Source: Deltaproteobacteria bacterium
GTDB lineage: Bacteria; Desulfobacterota; Desulfarculia; JACQYL01
Assembly (NCBI GenBank): GCA_016208165.1
Contig: JACQYL010000001.1
Span: 8,099-72,098 of the forward strand
Direction: 5' to 3'
DNA length: 64,000 nucleotides
The first letter of the stretch is position 1; every line of letters starts with the position of its first letter. Positions 52,788 through 61,497 of this stretch are shown in pieces. The position numbers were made by a program, and so were the translations under genes. The notes under the pieces were generated by a model. The model saw only the letters and a program-made list of their open reading frames with translations. It was not told the DNA's origin and did no database searches.

Positions 52788-53852
52788 TCAGGGTTCCAAA
52801 TTCAGCGAAGAGGCATGCTTGCGATAGAGCCCCCGGAACTGGTGGTAGGTGAGGCCCAGAAGCTCGGCCGCTTTATGCTGGCGGAAGCGGGCCTCGAGGA
52901 GGGCCCGCTGAATCAGTCGAATTTCAAGATCGGCCACCTGCCGGGTCAACGGGGTGTCCAGGGCTAGGGCGGGTTCAAGCGGAGACTGGACCGCCGAATC
53001 AGCGGTCTGGCTCTGTTCGGAAGGGGGCGCCAAAACGGATTCAGGGAACGGATCGAAGACGATTTCTTTAATGGATTCAGAGTCGGATCGGTAAACGGCG
53101 CGTTCCACTACGTTCTTGAGTTCGCGTACATTTCCGGGCCAGGAATAGGCCTCAAGGGAGATCATGGCCTCTCGAGTGAACACCGGCAGGGCGTCGTGTC
53201 CCAATTCCTTTGCGATGCGCGAAGCGAAGTGACGCGCGAGAAGAGACACATCTCCCGCCCTGTTCCTGAGCGCCGGCAACAGCAGTACTTCAAAGGAGAG
53301 CCGGTCGAGGAGGTCGCGTTTGAACCGGCCTTCGCGCGCCAGGGCCGGCAAGTCCGCATTGGTGGCCCCGATGATGCGGACATCGACCATTACGACGTCC
53401 GACCCTCCAACCCGTTCAAAAGTGCCGTATTCCACGACGCGAAGAATTTTCTCCTGGGCTTCAAGGGGAATATTGCCGATTTCGTCGAGGAAAAGCGTAC
53501 CCCCGTGAGCGGCCTCGAAGCGCCCTATTCTTCGTTTGACGGCGCCGGTAAACGCCCCCGGCTCATACCCGAAGAGCTCGGATTCGATGAGGCCCGGAGA
53601 GAGGGCCGCGCAATTCAGAGCAAGCAGGGGACTCCTCCAACGGTGGGAAAGATAATGGAGACGGGAGGCGGCCAGTTCCTTACCGGTTCCTCTTTCTCCG
53701 ATGATGAGGATTGGGCGGTCCACACGTGCGGCCCGAGATAGACGCTCCTGGAAATCCAGAAAGGATTCCGACTCACCAAGGCCTTCCTGGGAAGCGAGGG
53801 CGGGCATGTCGGTCTGGTTGCGAGTGAAGGATGACATGGTGTATATTACCAT
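52788..53852 (-). CDS. pspF: Sigma-54-dependent activator PspF (AAA+ and HTH domains, no receiver domain)
   Basis: ILIIGERGTGKE (Walker A), GAFTGA loop (YEPGAFTGA), TLFLDEIG, GNVRELKNVVERA, and a C-terminal HTH (HKAAELLGLTYHQFRGLYRKH). It is divergent from pspA. The start is at 53852 or 53837. Confidence 0.85.
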   Translation of the reverse strand: MVIYTMSSFTRNQTDMPALASQEGLGESESFLDFQERLSRAARVDRPILIIGERGTGKELAASRLHYLSHRWRSPLLALNCAALSPGLIESELFGYEPGAFTGAVKRRIGRFEAAHGGTLFLDEIGNIPLEAQEKILRVVEYGTFERVGGSDVVMVDVRIIGATNADLPALAREGRFKRDLLDRLSFEVLLLPALRNRAGDVSLLARHFASRIAKELGHDALPVFTREAMISLEAYSWPGNVRELKNVVERAVYRSDSESIKEIVFDPFPESVLAPPSEQSQTADSAVQSPLEPALALDTPLTRQVADLEIRLIQRALLEARFRQHKAAELLGLTYHQFRGLYRKHASSLNLEP

Positions 53853-53857
53853 ATATA

Positions 53858-53890
53858 GGCTAAAATAGCCAGTATTTTGCTAAAACAGCC
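53858..53890. promoter_or_regulatory. Putative PspF upstream activating sites (two (G/T)GCTAAAA(T/C)AGCC repeats 20 bp apart)
   Basis: GGCTAAAATAGCC (a palindrome, 53858-53870) and TGCTAAAACAGCC (53878-53890), about 100 bp upstream of the sigma-54 promoter. Confidence 0.35.
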
Positions 53891-53969
53891 GGATTACGTT
53901 CAGCCGGCGGGTCTCTGATTCACGTACAACTCGTTGATATTGCTTAGCTAGTATGGATTTTGCCCAAGT

Positions 53970-53985
53970 TGGCCCGGTTGTTGCC
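53970..53985 (+). promoter_or_regulatory. Sigma-54 promoter of pspABC
   Basis: TGGCCCGGTTGTTGCC has GG and GC at the -24/-12 spacing. It lies 38 nt upstream of the pspA ATG. Confidence 0.6.
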
Positions 53986-54023
53986 CACTTTCATGGCAAC
54001 CAAGCCACAAGAGAGGTGACATC

Positions 54024-54707
54024 ATGGGCGTTTTCAGCAGAGTTCGAGATATCGTGAGTTCAAACATCAATGCCATGCTGGACCGGGCGGAAGACCCGGA
54101 GAAGCTGGTCCGGCTCATGATCCAGGAGATGGAGGACACCCTGGTGGAAATCAAAGCCTCGTGCGCAGGGGCTATGGCAGCCAAAAAACAAACGCAGCGG
54201 GCTTTGGAAGACCACCGGGAGCGGACCCGTTCGTGGGAGCAGAGGGCGGAGCTGGCCGTTGGAAAGGGGCGCGAGGACCTGGCCAGAGAGGCGTTGCTGG
54301 AAAAACGCCGGTACCTGCAGCGCGCGGAGACCCTGGAGGACGAAATGGGTCAGACGCAGGCCATCATTGCCCAATACCAGGAACAGATCGCCCAGCTCGA
54401 GGAGAAGCTGGCCACGGCCAGAGAAAAGCAGCGTCTGCTCGTTCAGCGACACGTTCATGCCCGTGATCGGAAACGAGCCCAGGAAGACATTCGGCGCTTC
54501 GAAACTTCCGATGTGTTCCTGAGGTTCGAGCAGTTCGAGAACCGCATCGAGCGCATGGAAGCCGAGGCGGAGATGGTCAATCTCGGTCGCACTCCGTCGC
54601 TGGACGACGAGTTTGCCCGTTTAGCGGAAGGCGAAGAGATCGAGCGAGAACTCGAGACGTTGAAAGCCAAATGTGGACGAAGGGGCGAAGAACACCGACC
54701 GATGTGA
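54024..54707 (+). CDS. pspA: Phage shock protein A
   Basis: MGVFSRVRDIVSSNINAMLDRAEDPEKLVRLMIQEMEDTLVEIK is the PspA/IM30 N-terminus. The rest is a long coiled coil. Confidence 0.9.
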   Translation: MGVFSRVRDIVSSNINAMLDRAEDPEKLVRLMIQEMEDTLVEIKASCAGAMAAKKQTQRALEDHRERTRSWEQRAELAVGKGREDLAREALLEKRRYLQRAETLEDEMGQTQAIIAQYQEQIAQLEEKLATAREKQRLLVQRHVHARDRKRAQEDIRRFETSDVFLRFEQFENRIERMEAEAEMVNLGRTPSLDDEFARLAEGEEIERELETLKAKCGRRGEEHRPM

Positions 54708-54754
54708 TCGGGATGAAACGGACAAAGCTGAGTTGATCTGCATATGGAGGAAAG

Positions 54755-55000
54755 ATGAGTGAGGTTCTGTTGGCCTTCGTGCTGATCCTGGGTCTGCCCG
54801 TCCTGATCGTGGCGGGATTCTTCCTGATTTGGGTTTTGAAAATCCTCACACGTGGGGGCCCGCATAAGCGAGATGAGGCTCAAGCCGAGGAAACCCGTTT
54901 GATCCAGGAACTCCACCAGGGCCTTTTGAAGATGGAGGAGCGCATCGAGGCCCTGGAAACGATCTTGCTCGATGCGGAAAAAAAGGAAGATCGAAAATGA
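54755..55000 (+). CDS. pspB: Phage shock protein B
   Basis: 81 aa with a single TM helix (LLAFVLILGLPVLIVAGFFLIWVL) followed by LIQELHQGLLKMEERIEALETILL. It lies between pspA and pspC. Confidence 0.8.
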   Translation: MSEVLLAFVLILGLPVLIVAGFFLIWVLKILTRGGPHKRDEAQAEETRLIQELHQGLLKMEERIEALETILLDAEKKEDRK

Positions 55001-55401
55001 ATAGAGCGAACGAGAGATCGAGAACCGGTTTGTACCGTTCGCGGCGCGGTGTGATTTTAGGCGTTTGTCGCGGAGTGGCGGACTACTTCGACATATCCGT
55101 ATTCTGGACCCGCGTCGTGTTCGTTGCCGTACTGCTGTTTACAGGCATTTGGCCTATAGCAGGGCTGTATCTGGTGGCCGCCGCATTGATGAAGCCGGAG
55201 CCGGTGGTTCCGTTTCGAACGGAAGTCGATAGGGAGTTCTATAATTCGTATACGGCTTCCCGAGAATTGGGCCTTCATCGTTTGAAAGGCGCCTTCGACC
55301 GGCTCGACCGGCGATTGCGACGCATGGAAGACCTGGTGACCGCTCGGGAGTTCGACTGGGATCGTAGGTTCAGGGGTCCGGATTCGGGTAGAGGTCGATG
55401 A
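54997..55401 (+). CDS. pspC: Phage shock protein C
   Basis: GLYRSRRGVILGVCRGVADYFDISVFWTRVVFVAVLLF is the PspC domain. The start overlaps the pspB stop (ATGA). Confidence 0.85.
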   Translation: MNRANERSRTGLYRSRRGVILGVCRGVADYFDISVFWTRVVFVAVLLFTGIWPIAGLYLVAAALMKPEPVVPFRTEVDREFYNSYTASRELGLHRLKGAFDRLDRRLRRMEDLVTAREFDWDRRFRGPDSGRGR

Positions 55402-55631
55402 GGCGCCCCGGCGTTTTTATGGCGGGTCCCGTTTTACAAACTCCGTAGATTCTGATAGAGTATCATATAACCACAAAAAAAGAGCACCGCGCACGTCGAA
55501 TCCGAGGCGCCAGGGTGGTGTCCTTTCCTTTGAAAATCCAGCCCTTCGCGGCTGCATTTTCCACTTCTTTTTCTCGTCGCGAGGGGCTGGAGTCGAATCG
55601 ACCTGCGGGCTGTTCGATCCGGAGTGAACCC

Positions 55632-55994
55632 ATGGTGAGACGGCTTTCGTTTACCAAGTACGAGCATGAAGTCCTTCCTGACTTCAGACAAAAAATCAAC
55701 ATGGCGGAATCCACCAGAGACGTCAGGAACTCCTTCTATCACGCGGCTTCGGAACTCTTCGACAACGTATTCGGAGATGCGGTTCGAATTGATTACGACG
55801 ACATCGAACTCGTGCCGGACTGCGATGATTGTTTTGTCATAAGCGACCGTCTGCGGAAGTCCACGGACTTCGCAACCATATGGAAAGATTCGGATCTGCC
55901 CAACGTTGTTGCTCGGATGGCGAGATCCGCAACGAATCGCTGCAAGAGACTGGAAAAACATTCTGAGAAGACCGACGCCAAAATCAGGATGTAG
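55632..55994 (+). CDS. Hypothetical cytoplasmic protein
   Basis: 120 aa from the ATG at 55632, preceded by GGAGTGA. Begins MVRRLSFTKYEHEVLPDFRQKINMAESTRDV. I recognise no family. Confidence 0.45.
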   Translation: MVRRLSFTKYEHEVLPDFRQKINMAESTRDVRNSFYHAASELFDNVFGDAVRIDYDDIELVPDCDDCFVISDRLRKSTDFATIWKDSDLPNVVARMARSATNRCKRLEKHSEKTDAKIRM

Positions 55995-56200
55995 CAACGG
56001 TTACGCACTCGGCTGATTCCGGCGCGAACAGCGGCCGGCCGGGAAGCCCTGAGTCACGAAAGGGGTCGGCTGCCGAAAGGGAGAGGTGTGGATGCACAAC
56101 GCCCGGTCGGTAAAGTGGTCGGTGCGCCCCGGCGCATGCTCGATCCTGCAGCACGGAGGTCGCCGGCTGCTTAACTCGGGATGCGGTAGGGTGTCGCGGA

Positions 56201-57805
56201 TCAGATACCGAAGATTTCTCGTATTCCGAACAGCAATTTGTCTCTGATCGACGCCTCTTTCCTCCCTCCGGTCAGCGCTTTGAGCCGGACCGATTCGCTC
56301 TCCATATATTTTTGGTCGGACAGCTCGACCGCGCGTTCTTTCTCCGCAAGGCGCGTCGCCAACACAGAACTGATGTTTTCCGCAAGAGCGGGATGGCTCT
56401 TGATGATGTGTTGAAAACTCTTCCTATGTAAGACAAATACTTCGCAATCCGTTTCGGCCGTCACGGTTGCCGAGCGCTTTTCTCCGGTCAGGACGGAAAG
56501 CTCTCCGAAAAAGTTTCCGGCAGTGAGACAGGCTATTCGAGTCCGTTGCTTCTGCGATGAATCCGCATACACCTCCACGCTTCCCGATCCGACGATGTAA
56601 AAGGATTCTCCATCGTCACCTTGCCTGATCAGGGTTTCCCCCTGGGAATAGTACTCGACGTACACTTCGCCGCTCAAGAACCGGAAATCATCATCGCTGA
56701 GGGGGGACAGGAAGTCGATGGATCGAAGTATCTTTTCAACGGCGCTCTTTCTTTCTTCCGGGGTGACTTCGGGTTGCACCCGCACGTCACGAACGGGATA
56801 AGGAATTTTGATGCCGTTCCGCTTAAATTGATACCAGATCCGGCGAAATACCTTATCTTCTATGGCGCGAACCCTATCGTAATCGGTGATCCAAAAACGA
56901 AGCTGGTAAACGATCGCGAAGTCGCCGTATTCAATCAAAAACACGGTGGGAGGGGGGGTCTTCTGGACTTCATCGATACCGAGAGCGCTCTGTATCAAAA
57001 CGGCGGCCGCTTGATTCGGCGGGTGATCGTACGAAACGCCGATGTTCTTTCTGCAAAGATGACTTCTCCAGGGAGCGGAGTAGTTGACAAGGCTCGATTT
57101 CGCAATCGCGTTGTTCGGAACAACGATCATGTCCTCGGATCGGTCCACGAGTTTGACCGAACGCCAGTTGATTTCAATCACCCTGCATTCTTTGCCTTCG
57201 ACGAGCACCCAGTCTCCTATCTTGAAGGGATTGTCCATCTGAATGGACAATCCGGCGAACAGATTTCCAAGCGTATCCTGGAGCGCCAAGCCGATGATCA
57301 GAGAAAATATGGCCGAGGTAGTGAGCAACGAGGTGAAATTGACATTGAAATAGACTCCCAGAAGCCAGATAACAATGATGAGATATAGAATGACTTTGCC
57401 GCTGTCCCGAACCAAAGCGGGTATTTTATGTTTGGACGGTCGACGTCGATAGTGCGCTTCCAGAAAAAGACTCACGGTCCCAATGGCGATATAAACGGAT
57501 ATCACCGCCAGAAGGATCTGTACTAAGGTCGGAACATGACCGGTGTACCCCTGCAGGAAGAAGGCTAGGTGGATGCTCGCCAAAATAGTGGCTATGTGCA
57601 CGACGGACAAGAACCTTCGGTTGGTGGTCTTGAACTGGTCCCACACGTCTTTGAACACCGCTGGAAGAATACGCCTCGTCAGAACCAGCGTCAGGATACG
57701 AACCAGAAGATAGAAGAGGACGCCGCAACCCACGGATAGCGCCATTTGCTCCAGAGCGTTCAGGTTTGAATAGAACGCTCGAATCGATGTTATATAAGGC
57801 TTCAA
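56201..57805 (-). CDS. MscS-family mechanosensitive channel fused to a cyclic-nucleotide-binding domain
   Basis: MscS core (LIIGLALQDTLGNLFAGLSIQMDNPFKIGDWVLVEGKECRVIEINWRSVKL...VVPNN) and a C-terminal cNMP domain (GETLIRQGDDGESFYIVGSGSVEV...FFGELSVLTGEKRSATVTA). Confidence 0.85.
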   Translation of the reverse strand: MKPYITSIRAFYSNLNALEQMALSVGCGVLFYLLVRILTLVLTRRILPAVFKDVWDQFKTTNRRFLSVVHIATILASIHLAFFLQGYTGHVPTLVQILLAVISVYIAIGTVSLFLEAHYRRRPSKHKIPALVRDSGKVILYLIIVIWLLGVYFNVNFTSLLTTSAIFSLIIGLALQDTLGNLFAGLSIQMDNPFKIGDWVLVEGKECRVIEINWRSVKLVDRSEDMIVVPNNAIAKSSLVNYSAPWRSHLCRKNIGVSYDHPPNQAAAVLIQSALGIDEVQKTPPPTVFLIEYGDFAIVYQLRFWITDYDRVRAIEDKVFRRIWYQFKRNGIKIPYPVRDVRVQPEVTPEERKSAVEKILRSIDFLSPLSDDDFRFLSGEVYVEYYSQGETLIRQGDDGESFYIVGSGSVEVYADSSQKQRTRIACLTAGNFFGELSVLTGEKRSATVTAETDCEVFVLHRKSFQHIIKSHPALAENISSVLATRLAEKERAVELSDQKYMESESVRLKALTGGRKEASIRDKLLFGIREIFGI

Positions 57806-58291
57806 TGAAGTACTCTCTCGCGACAGGACCGGTTCTTACTGAAAGCGACTCGAACGGCCAGGGGTAAAGGATGTTTTGTCTCTTCTGAAAACCATCGCCG
57901 GCTGTTTCGGGAGCTGGAGTGAAAACGAGAGAACAGACCGACACGCACTGAAACCTACACTGAGGAACGGATGAGTGTCAATGATATGGTTTGCATACGG
58001 ACGCCACGCACGAGTGGAAGAATCGATGACCGCCGGCGGCTGTCCAAATCCCGGCATCGCGAGGAGCACAACCCGCCCGCGCGTATGGGCGACGGGATGG
58101 AGAGCGTCGGACAACGGAACGTCTGTGTGGCGAATAGATCTTTGCGGGCGCTTTATGATAGATAGGATTGATGCATGCATAGACGGCGCTGCAGAAGGTT
58201 CTCACAAAACTGTTTTCAAGGCGGTTCCGCGGGCGCCGAAATCTTAAACAGGCTTGGCTCCGGGAGCCTGTTCCCCTCGGAAGGATACCAC

Positions 58292-58555
58292 ATGGCTAAG
58301 CATTCTCATGATTTTGTTGAAACGTACGTTGATCTGGTCGGATTCGGTATGGATCGGGAAATAGACGAAGCCACGGTTATCGTCATGCTGCAGAAACTCT
58401 CGGATGACGCGCTCATGGATCTGTTGCGGCATCGTCTTTCCGACGAGGAACTGAAGGACTTGTTCGAGATGGTCTCAAATTTGCTGAAAGAACACTTGTC
58501 CGAGGAAGAATACCATACGTTTTTTTTGAAGGACCGGGAGGAGGAGTCCCTCTGA
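58292..58555 (+). CDS. Small acidic hypothetical protein
   Basis: 87 aa from the ATG at 58292: MAKHSHDFVETYVDLVGFGMDREIDEATVIVMLQKLSDDALMDLLRHRLSDEELKDLFEMV. I recognise no family. Confidence 0.45.
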   Translation: MAKHSHDFVETYVDLVGFGMDREIDEATVIVMLQKLSDDALMDLLRHRLSDEELKDLFEMVSNLLKEHLSEEEYHTFFLKDREEESL

Positions 58556-59124
58556 ACGCATGCATTCCCGTTTTTTCCCGCCGGGATCATCTCCTTCGTT
58601 CAGCGTCGGCTGTCAGAACTCCATGGGTTTGGCGGATAACTTGTCAATCGTTTGACACACGGATAAAATATGAACAGAAGACGGGTAAGATGAGCAATGG
58701 CCGTATAGGAATACAGGATTGTTCTTCGATGAACGGGAAAGAAAAGAGGTTTCTTTTTTCCAGGAGCATCTCCGGTAAAGGTCCGTTCACAGGACGAGAA
58801 GCAAGGTGATGCCTGAGGTCTGTTCAGAGGGTCGAAATCGGCGTCTATTCGAGTTCTCCTGCAGCCCTCGTTCAGCCCACCGACGAGGGCCGGCAGGTCC
58901 CGTAAGGGCGGGTTTGAAACCCGCTCCCAGATCATGATCCGCCTTCACTTTTTCGGACGCGGGTAACCCTTGGTTCCCCTCCAATCAGGATGAGGCGGGG
59001 CGTGAGGAACTGTCGTAGTACGAGCCGGTCTCAGTATCAGACCATTCTTGGGATATCCGGGAGGTGTCGTGTTGGCGGGGCGACGGATTGGCGCATTTCA
59101 AAAGAGGCTTTCGAGCGAGCCTAT

Positions 59125-59140
59125 TGGCACATAAATTGCT
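59125..59140 (+). promoter_or_regulatory. Sigma-54 promoter upstream of the multi-EIDAL / FliN-like pair
   Basis: TGGCACATAAATTGCT is a full match to TGGCAC-N5-TTGCW. It lies 48 nt upstream of the ATG at 59189. Confidence 0.6.
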
Positions 59141-59188
59141 CGGTTTAGGGAAAAGCATGTTCCACGCGCCCGATAGACAAGTAAGAAA

Positions 59189-61018
59189 ATGGTGAATAAG
59201 ACCATGACACTCAGTCATATTATCCAAGAGGCGAACCGGAAGCTTGAAACCGAAAGGGACGAACTGGTCAAGGTCGCCAAGGCCGAAAAATACCGGGGTA
59301 CCGTTGATGAAATCATGGAATTCCTGGATCAATACGACGGCCATTTTCAAGACACCAATGTCCAGGTGGTGAAGGCGGCTTTGGAAACGTTTCTCAGACG
59401 TCTTTCTCCCCCTGCGCTTAAACTGACGATGGCTTCCATGAAGCGCCAGGTAGGTATACAACTGGGCTCGGCAACCCAGGAGCCCTCCAATTCAGCTTCC
59501 GGAGGTGGCTCAGTGATCTCTCAAAGCGATATCGACGCTCTGCTCAAGGGGGCCAACGCTTCCGAGGAATCTACAAGCGCTTTCGAACAATCAGAGATCG
59601 ACGCGCTTCTCGGGGAGATTGAGGAACTTGGCCCGCAGTCAGGGAAAAGGCCTTCGGGCACACCGGCGAAAAAGCCGTTGGAAAGGTCTCCCCAAGCATC
59701 CACCGATCTGGGAGATCCAGACTTGATCGTGGATCAATCCGCCATTGATGCGCTTCTTGCCGGAGTAAAAGAGGACGCGAGCGCCAAAAGAACGGCCGGT
59801 ACGCCTTTGGTTGCGAAGAAAACGCCCGGCAAGAGCGTTGGACACGAATCCCGCACAACGGAACGTCCGTTTTTTGAGGAAGAAATAGTCAGTCAAACGG
59901 ACATCGACGCCCTTCTTTCTCAGGGGATGGTGTCCAAAAAAGAAATCGGCGTGGAGGCGGAAAGAGCGCTGGATCCTTCGCTGGTGGAGGAACTGCTGGC
60001 GCAGATTCAAACGGATGCGAAGCCTGAAGAATCAGCGGTGGTGGAAGACGCATCGGACCTCTCTCCCGAGACGGGATTTCCGACATCAGAGGATACGAAT
60101 ATAGATCAATCCTCCATCGACGCTCTTTTTTCGCAGGAAGCGGGGTCGCAGAAAGCACTCGAGGCCGAGGCCCAGGCGGCGCTGGATCAGACTTCCGTGG
60201 AGGAGCTGCTGGCGCAGATTGAAACGGATGCGAAGCCTGAAGAATCAGCGGTGGTGGAAGACGCATCGGACCTCTCTCCCGAGACGGGATTTTCGTCGTC
60301 GGAGGATACGAATATAGTTCAATCCTCCATCGATGCTCTTTTTTCGCAGGAAGCGGCGCCGGAAGAAAAGGACCAACTTGCCGATAGGGATTCATGGCTC
60401 GTCAATGGAACATCCGGTATAGAGGAAGCAGAAGCTCTGCTCGCGCCCGAAGGAGGGCCGATGCAGGCTTTCCCGGAAGAGGAGATGCCGGCCGCCGGAG
60501 AGGCGGCTTCCCCGGAATCTGCGGAGATTCCCATGGCTCCGGATCTGGAAGCAGGCGACGTGCCGTTGGAGATTGAATTACCGCTTATTGAACCCGTGCC
60601 CGATCAGCAGCGTGTGGTGGACGCCATCGTCGAGGCTACACGGAAAAAAGTGTCACAGAATCTTCCGCCCGCCGGCAAGAATCAACCCTCGCCCGGTGAG
60701 CATGTCCAGGGCGCAGTCGTCGGCAAGGAGGCTGCATTCCGTTCGCAAGACATAGGCAGGGAGCGCATTTTAGAAGAAAGAGGCGAGGCGAAAGTGCTGG
60801 ACACCTTCTATCGGATCTATGCCTGCGTCAACGGAAGCTATGAACTCCTATCGGAATCGAGCAGCGCGGAAGAGACGAAACAAAAACTGATGACCGCATG
60901 GATGGATCACGCAGGGAAAGATATTGTAATCAAACGTGTAACCCGAAAAGAGGTGCTGGTCATTAAAGAGGACCTCGATGACGTTCCGGTTCGCCTGGAA
61001 GTCACGTTGGATTCCTGA
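59189..61018 (+). CDS. Acidic repeat protein carrying six FliM/FliY-N-terminus-like (S/D)Qx(D/E/A/S)IDAL(L/F) motifs
   Basis: 609 aa. The motifs are VISQSDIDALL, FEQSEIDALL, VDQSAIDALL, VSQTDIDALL, IDQSSIDALF and VQSSIDALF. They are separated by low-complexity acidic or Pro/Lys linkers, with structured-looking N- and C-terminal domains. Confidence 0.7.
   Translation: MVNKTMTLSHIIQEANRKLETERDELVKVAKAEKYRGTVDEIMEFLDQYDGHFQDTNVQVVKAALETFLRRLSPPALKLTMASMKRQVGIQLGSATQEPSNSASGGGSVISQSDIDALLKGANASEESTSAFEQSEIDALLGEIEELGPQSGKRPSGTPAKKPLERSPQASTDLGDPDLIVDQSAIDALLAGVKEDASAKRTAGTPLVAKKTPGKSVGHESRTTERPFFEEEIVSQTDIDALLSQGMVSKKEIGVEAERALDPSLVEELLAQIQTDAKPEESAVVEDASDLSPETGFPTSEDTNIDQSSIDALFSQEAGSQKALEAEAQAALDQTSVEELLAQIETDAKPEESAVVEDASDLSPETGFSSSEDTNIVQSSIDALFSQEAAPEEKDQLADRDSWLVNGTSGIEEAEALLAPEGGPMQAFPEEEMPAAGEAASPESAEIPMAPDLEAGDVPLEIELPLIEPVPDQQRVVDAIVEATRKKVSQNLPPAGKNQPSPGEHVQGAVVGKEAAFRSQDIGRERILEERGEAKVLDTFYRIYACVNGSYELLSESSSAEETKQKLMTAWMDHAGKDIVIKRVTRKEVLVIKEDLDDVPVRLEVTLDS
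59984..60358 (+). repeat. Near-identical tandem duplication (213-bp period) inside the multi-EIDAL gene
   Basis: VEELLAQI(Q/E)TDAKPEESAVVEDASDLSPETGF(PT/SS)SEDTNI(D/V)QSSIDALFSQEA occurs twice. The DNA copies differ at only a few positions. Confidence 0.9.
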
Positions 61019-61046
61019 ACACGAATCGATGGTAAGGGCATAGGTT

Positions 61047-61496
61047 GTGGAAGAGAACGGCGTCAATACAACGGAAATGGACGATGCCTGGGAAGCCGCC
61101 CTGCGGGAGCAGCGGGACGCAGAAGCGGGTGTAACGCCGACCCAGGCTCAGGAAGACGAGAAAAGCCCGTCTCACCCGGTCCAACAGAGGGAACAGCGGC
61201 TTGGGGACGCTCTTGCGCCGTCACCCGGTACGGCAACCGTTGGTCTGGAACTCCTATTGAGTATTCCCGTTGAGGTGAGTGTCCGCTTGGGCGAGACAAA
61301 ACTGGTGGTGAACGATCTGATGCAGCTGGGCCAAGGAAGCATTGTCGAGCTGGATAAGTTGGCCGGCGCCGATTTGGATCTGATGATCAACGATGTGGTC
61401 ATGGGAAGGGGCGAAGTGGTCGTGGTGAACGATCGCTTCGGACTGAGGGTGACGGAGATCGTTTCACCGGAGGATCGAATCAAGGGACTCGGCTAG
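61047..61496 (+). CDS. fliN: FliN-like protein (SpoA / surface presentation of antigens domain)
   Basis: LELLLSIPVEVSVRLGETKLVVNDLMQLGQGSIVELDKLAGADLDLMINDVVMGRGEVVVVNDRFGLRVTEIV is the FliN/SctQ C-terminal domain. The start is the GTG at 61047 or the ATG at 61077. Confidence 0.8.
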   Translation: MEENGVNTTEMDDAWEAALREQRDAEAGVTPTQAQEDEKSPSHPVQQREQRLGDALAPSPGTATVGLELLLSIPVEVSVRLGETKLVVNDLMQLGQGSIVELDKLAGADLDLMINDVVMGRGEVVVVNDRFGLRVTEIVSPEDRIKGLG

Positions 61497-61497
61497 C

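Noticed and set aside
58905-58930. GCGGG-TTTGAAA-CCCGC followed by TCCCA, which resembles a tRNA T-arm plus 3' end
   Set aside because: There is no complementary 5' acceptor strand and no D arm or anticodon arm at the required distances on either strand.
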